Made by a program: the position numbers and the translations under genes
Notes under the pieces: generated by a model
The model's database searches: none
Told to the model about the DNA's origin: nothing
The model's input: the letters and a program-made list of their open reading frames with translations, nothing else
Shown here: positions 62,034 through 64,000 of the stretch, piece by piece
Numbering within the stretch: the first letter of the stretch is position 1
How the letters are laid out: each line of letters starts with the position of its first letter
Assembly: GCF_009914755.1 (NCBI RefSeq)
Contig: NC_060941.1
Direction: 5' to 3' (one strand)
DNA: 64,000 nucleotides
From: the human T2T-CHM13v2.0 reference genome, Homo sapiens

Positions 62034-63269
62034 AGATAATATGTCTTGTGTGCAGAAAACACAAGCCCTCTACAACTGTTCTTTCCTATCTTTTCTTTCT
62101 TTCCTTCGCTTCTTTTTCTTGCTTTCTCCCTCATTTTCTTCCTCCTAACTCCCCATAAAGGTGCAAATATGTAGAATTCCCTCAGGGGGAGGGAAGGTAT
62201 TAAATCTTTGTCCCAGTGGCATTAGGATGCATTTTGTTTGGGCAATTTATATTTTACAACACACATGTAAATTACTATGTAGAATTTAATAACCCAATTG
62301 AGTATCTTCAGTTGGAGCCAAACTGGAATTTATTTCCTGATTTCTGAAGGGGGTTTCTGGCCTCAAGGACAGGAGAACTTCTCACACATGGCAACGTCTT
62401 GATTTAAAAGGTTTTTCTGCGGAAAGATCAGTTCCAGACTTGCCCAGCTAGTAGAGCTTGGGAGAAGAGAGAAGCGGAAGGTGGTAATTTGCTAAGAAAG
62501 GAAGGAAAAACAATAATGTTTATTTGATTACATTTTCTCGTGTTCTAGTGGGGGGTAAATTACAGGCCTAATGACTTCAGTGTTGAGGGTTGGCCCTGAA
62601 CAAAGCTTCCTAAGATGTTGAGGGCTTTGGAATTAAAGGGAACTCACAGAGAGGAAATGCTCCCTATTGTCACCACTAGGGTTTTATGAACAAGATAAGC
62701 ATTTCCAATAATACTCTTTGGCTCCAAGCACTCTCTTCCTGCTCCCCTTATACTGACTACAAAATGAGCAATAAAAGAAGGGTGGAAAATATTTGTGGAT
62801 TACAAACAATGAAGATATTAATAGGCTGCATTAGAGTTTCAAAGGCCTTTCATTCTTGATATGTTTTGAGCCTTACAACAGTGCTGTATGGTAGTCCTCT
62901 TACTCCCATTTTATAGGTGAAGAAACAGGCTTTCTATTCCTTGTATATAATTTATTAGTTTTTTAGACTTGAACTTTGAACAAGTGTGTCCTCCTGTTCT
63001 TTTCCAAAGACCTAATTTCACGTTCTTACCACGGGAGTTCCAAATCTTTCTTTAAAAAAGCTCTTTGGGCCCCAAAAAGACAAAGCCCAAGGGGCCTTGA
63101 GGGTCATACTGTACTGGGATGGCCACTGGCCAGGTAGGTTGACCCACTCCTGGCTGCTGGTTTTAACCTCTGCCCCCTCCATCTGTCTGGCCCATGTTGG
63201 CTCACTTCCTGCCTTCCTGGGAATCTGTGCTCAACAATGGCAGAGACTTTGAGGACTGGCCAACTGGAG

Positions 63270-63450
63270 TTTCTGTCCAGGCCCCACCATCTACCAGCTG
63301 AGTGATCTTGAATTATTTACCACTTTGAGTTTCTCATTCCTTACCATAAATTCGGGAAAATAATACCTACCTCCCATGATTGTTGTGAGGGTCGAGTTCT
63401 GCAACAAATGACAGGATAGTAAAAAAAGTCCCGAACACATGGCAAGATTC
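63270..63450 (+). mobile_element. MIR
   Basis: taccagctgagtgatcttg...taatacctacctcccatgattgttgtgagg. Confidence 0.75.
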
Positions 63451-64000
63451 CCCCTGGGACTGGTTTTGTTTGTGATATTGCTCCAATTCGGGATTCCAAT
63501 GGGACTCATGACTGTATCTTAATAAAGGTCTAGATTTCTCACTTTTTTTTTTAGGGAATGAAGGATGAGAAACAGAGAAAAACAGGCACATTCAGATCCT
63601 CTTGATTAGGACAGAATTGCTTGGAGTTTACCCTCTAAGGCAAGAAGGAGGCCTTTCTTCTTCCTGCAGAGCCAAATCCTTCCTTCTGTTAATGATTCTG
63701 GGAGGTCATTGCAATGGCAGAAAGAGGACTGGATTAAAAACCCTTGTAACTCAAAATCCCAACTCTGCCACTTGGAATCTGGGTGACGCTGAGTCATTCA
63801 CTTGGCCTCTCTAGGCACATATAAATAATACTTTCTCAAAAGACTTCAAAAGAGACTAGGTATGTAGAAGGTTTTTAAGTTATAAAATAGCCTTCAACAT
63901 AAAGCTGTATTTTCTTTACTATTGTAATTATTAATATTCTATTCTGTAACACACATATATATATTTCCTTTTAAAAATTCTTCAAGAAAACTAATACTTA

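Overview
This is primate, most likely human, AT-rich intergenic or deep-intronic DNA dominated by interspersed repeats. It holds about 20 Alu/FLAM insertions (J, S and Y lineages, many with readable target-site duplications), L1 pieces of several ages, L2, MIR and CR1/L3 relics, solo LTRs (MER4, MER57, THE1, MST, MLT1, MLT2A, MER21-like), DNA-transposon fossils (MADE1, MER5, MER63-like, MER102-like) and microsatellites. I cannot support any intact protein-coding gene, RNA gene or CRISPR array. The long ORFs in the track are broken L1 ORF2 or Alu/microsatellite read-through, and I see no convincing novel biological system. The most notable unexplained structures are: three short non-tandem local duplications about 1-1.5 kb apart; a ~98-bp palindrome inside an old L1; a nested, internally deleted L1 with a ~140-bp monomer array in its 5' UTR; a tightly spaced inverted AluY pair inside a MER5; and a few candidate regulatory or exon elements. 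Repeat subfamily names are from recalled consensus sequences, and boundaries of old repeats are approximate.
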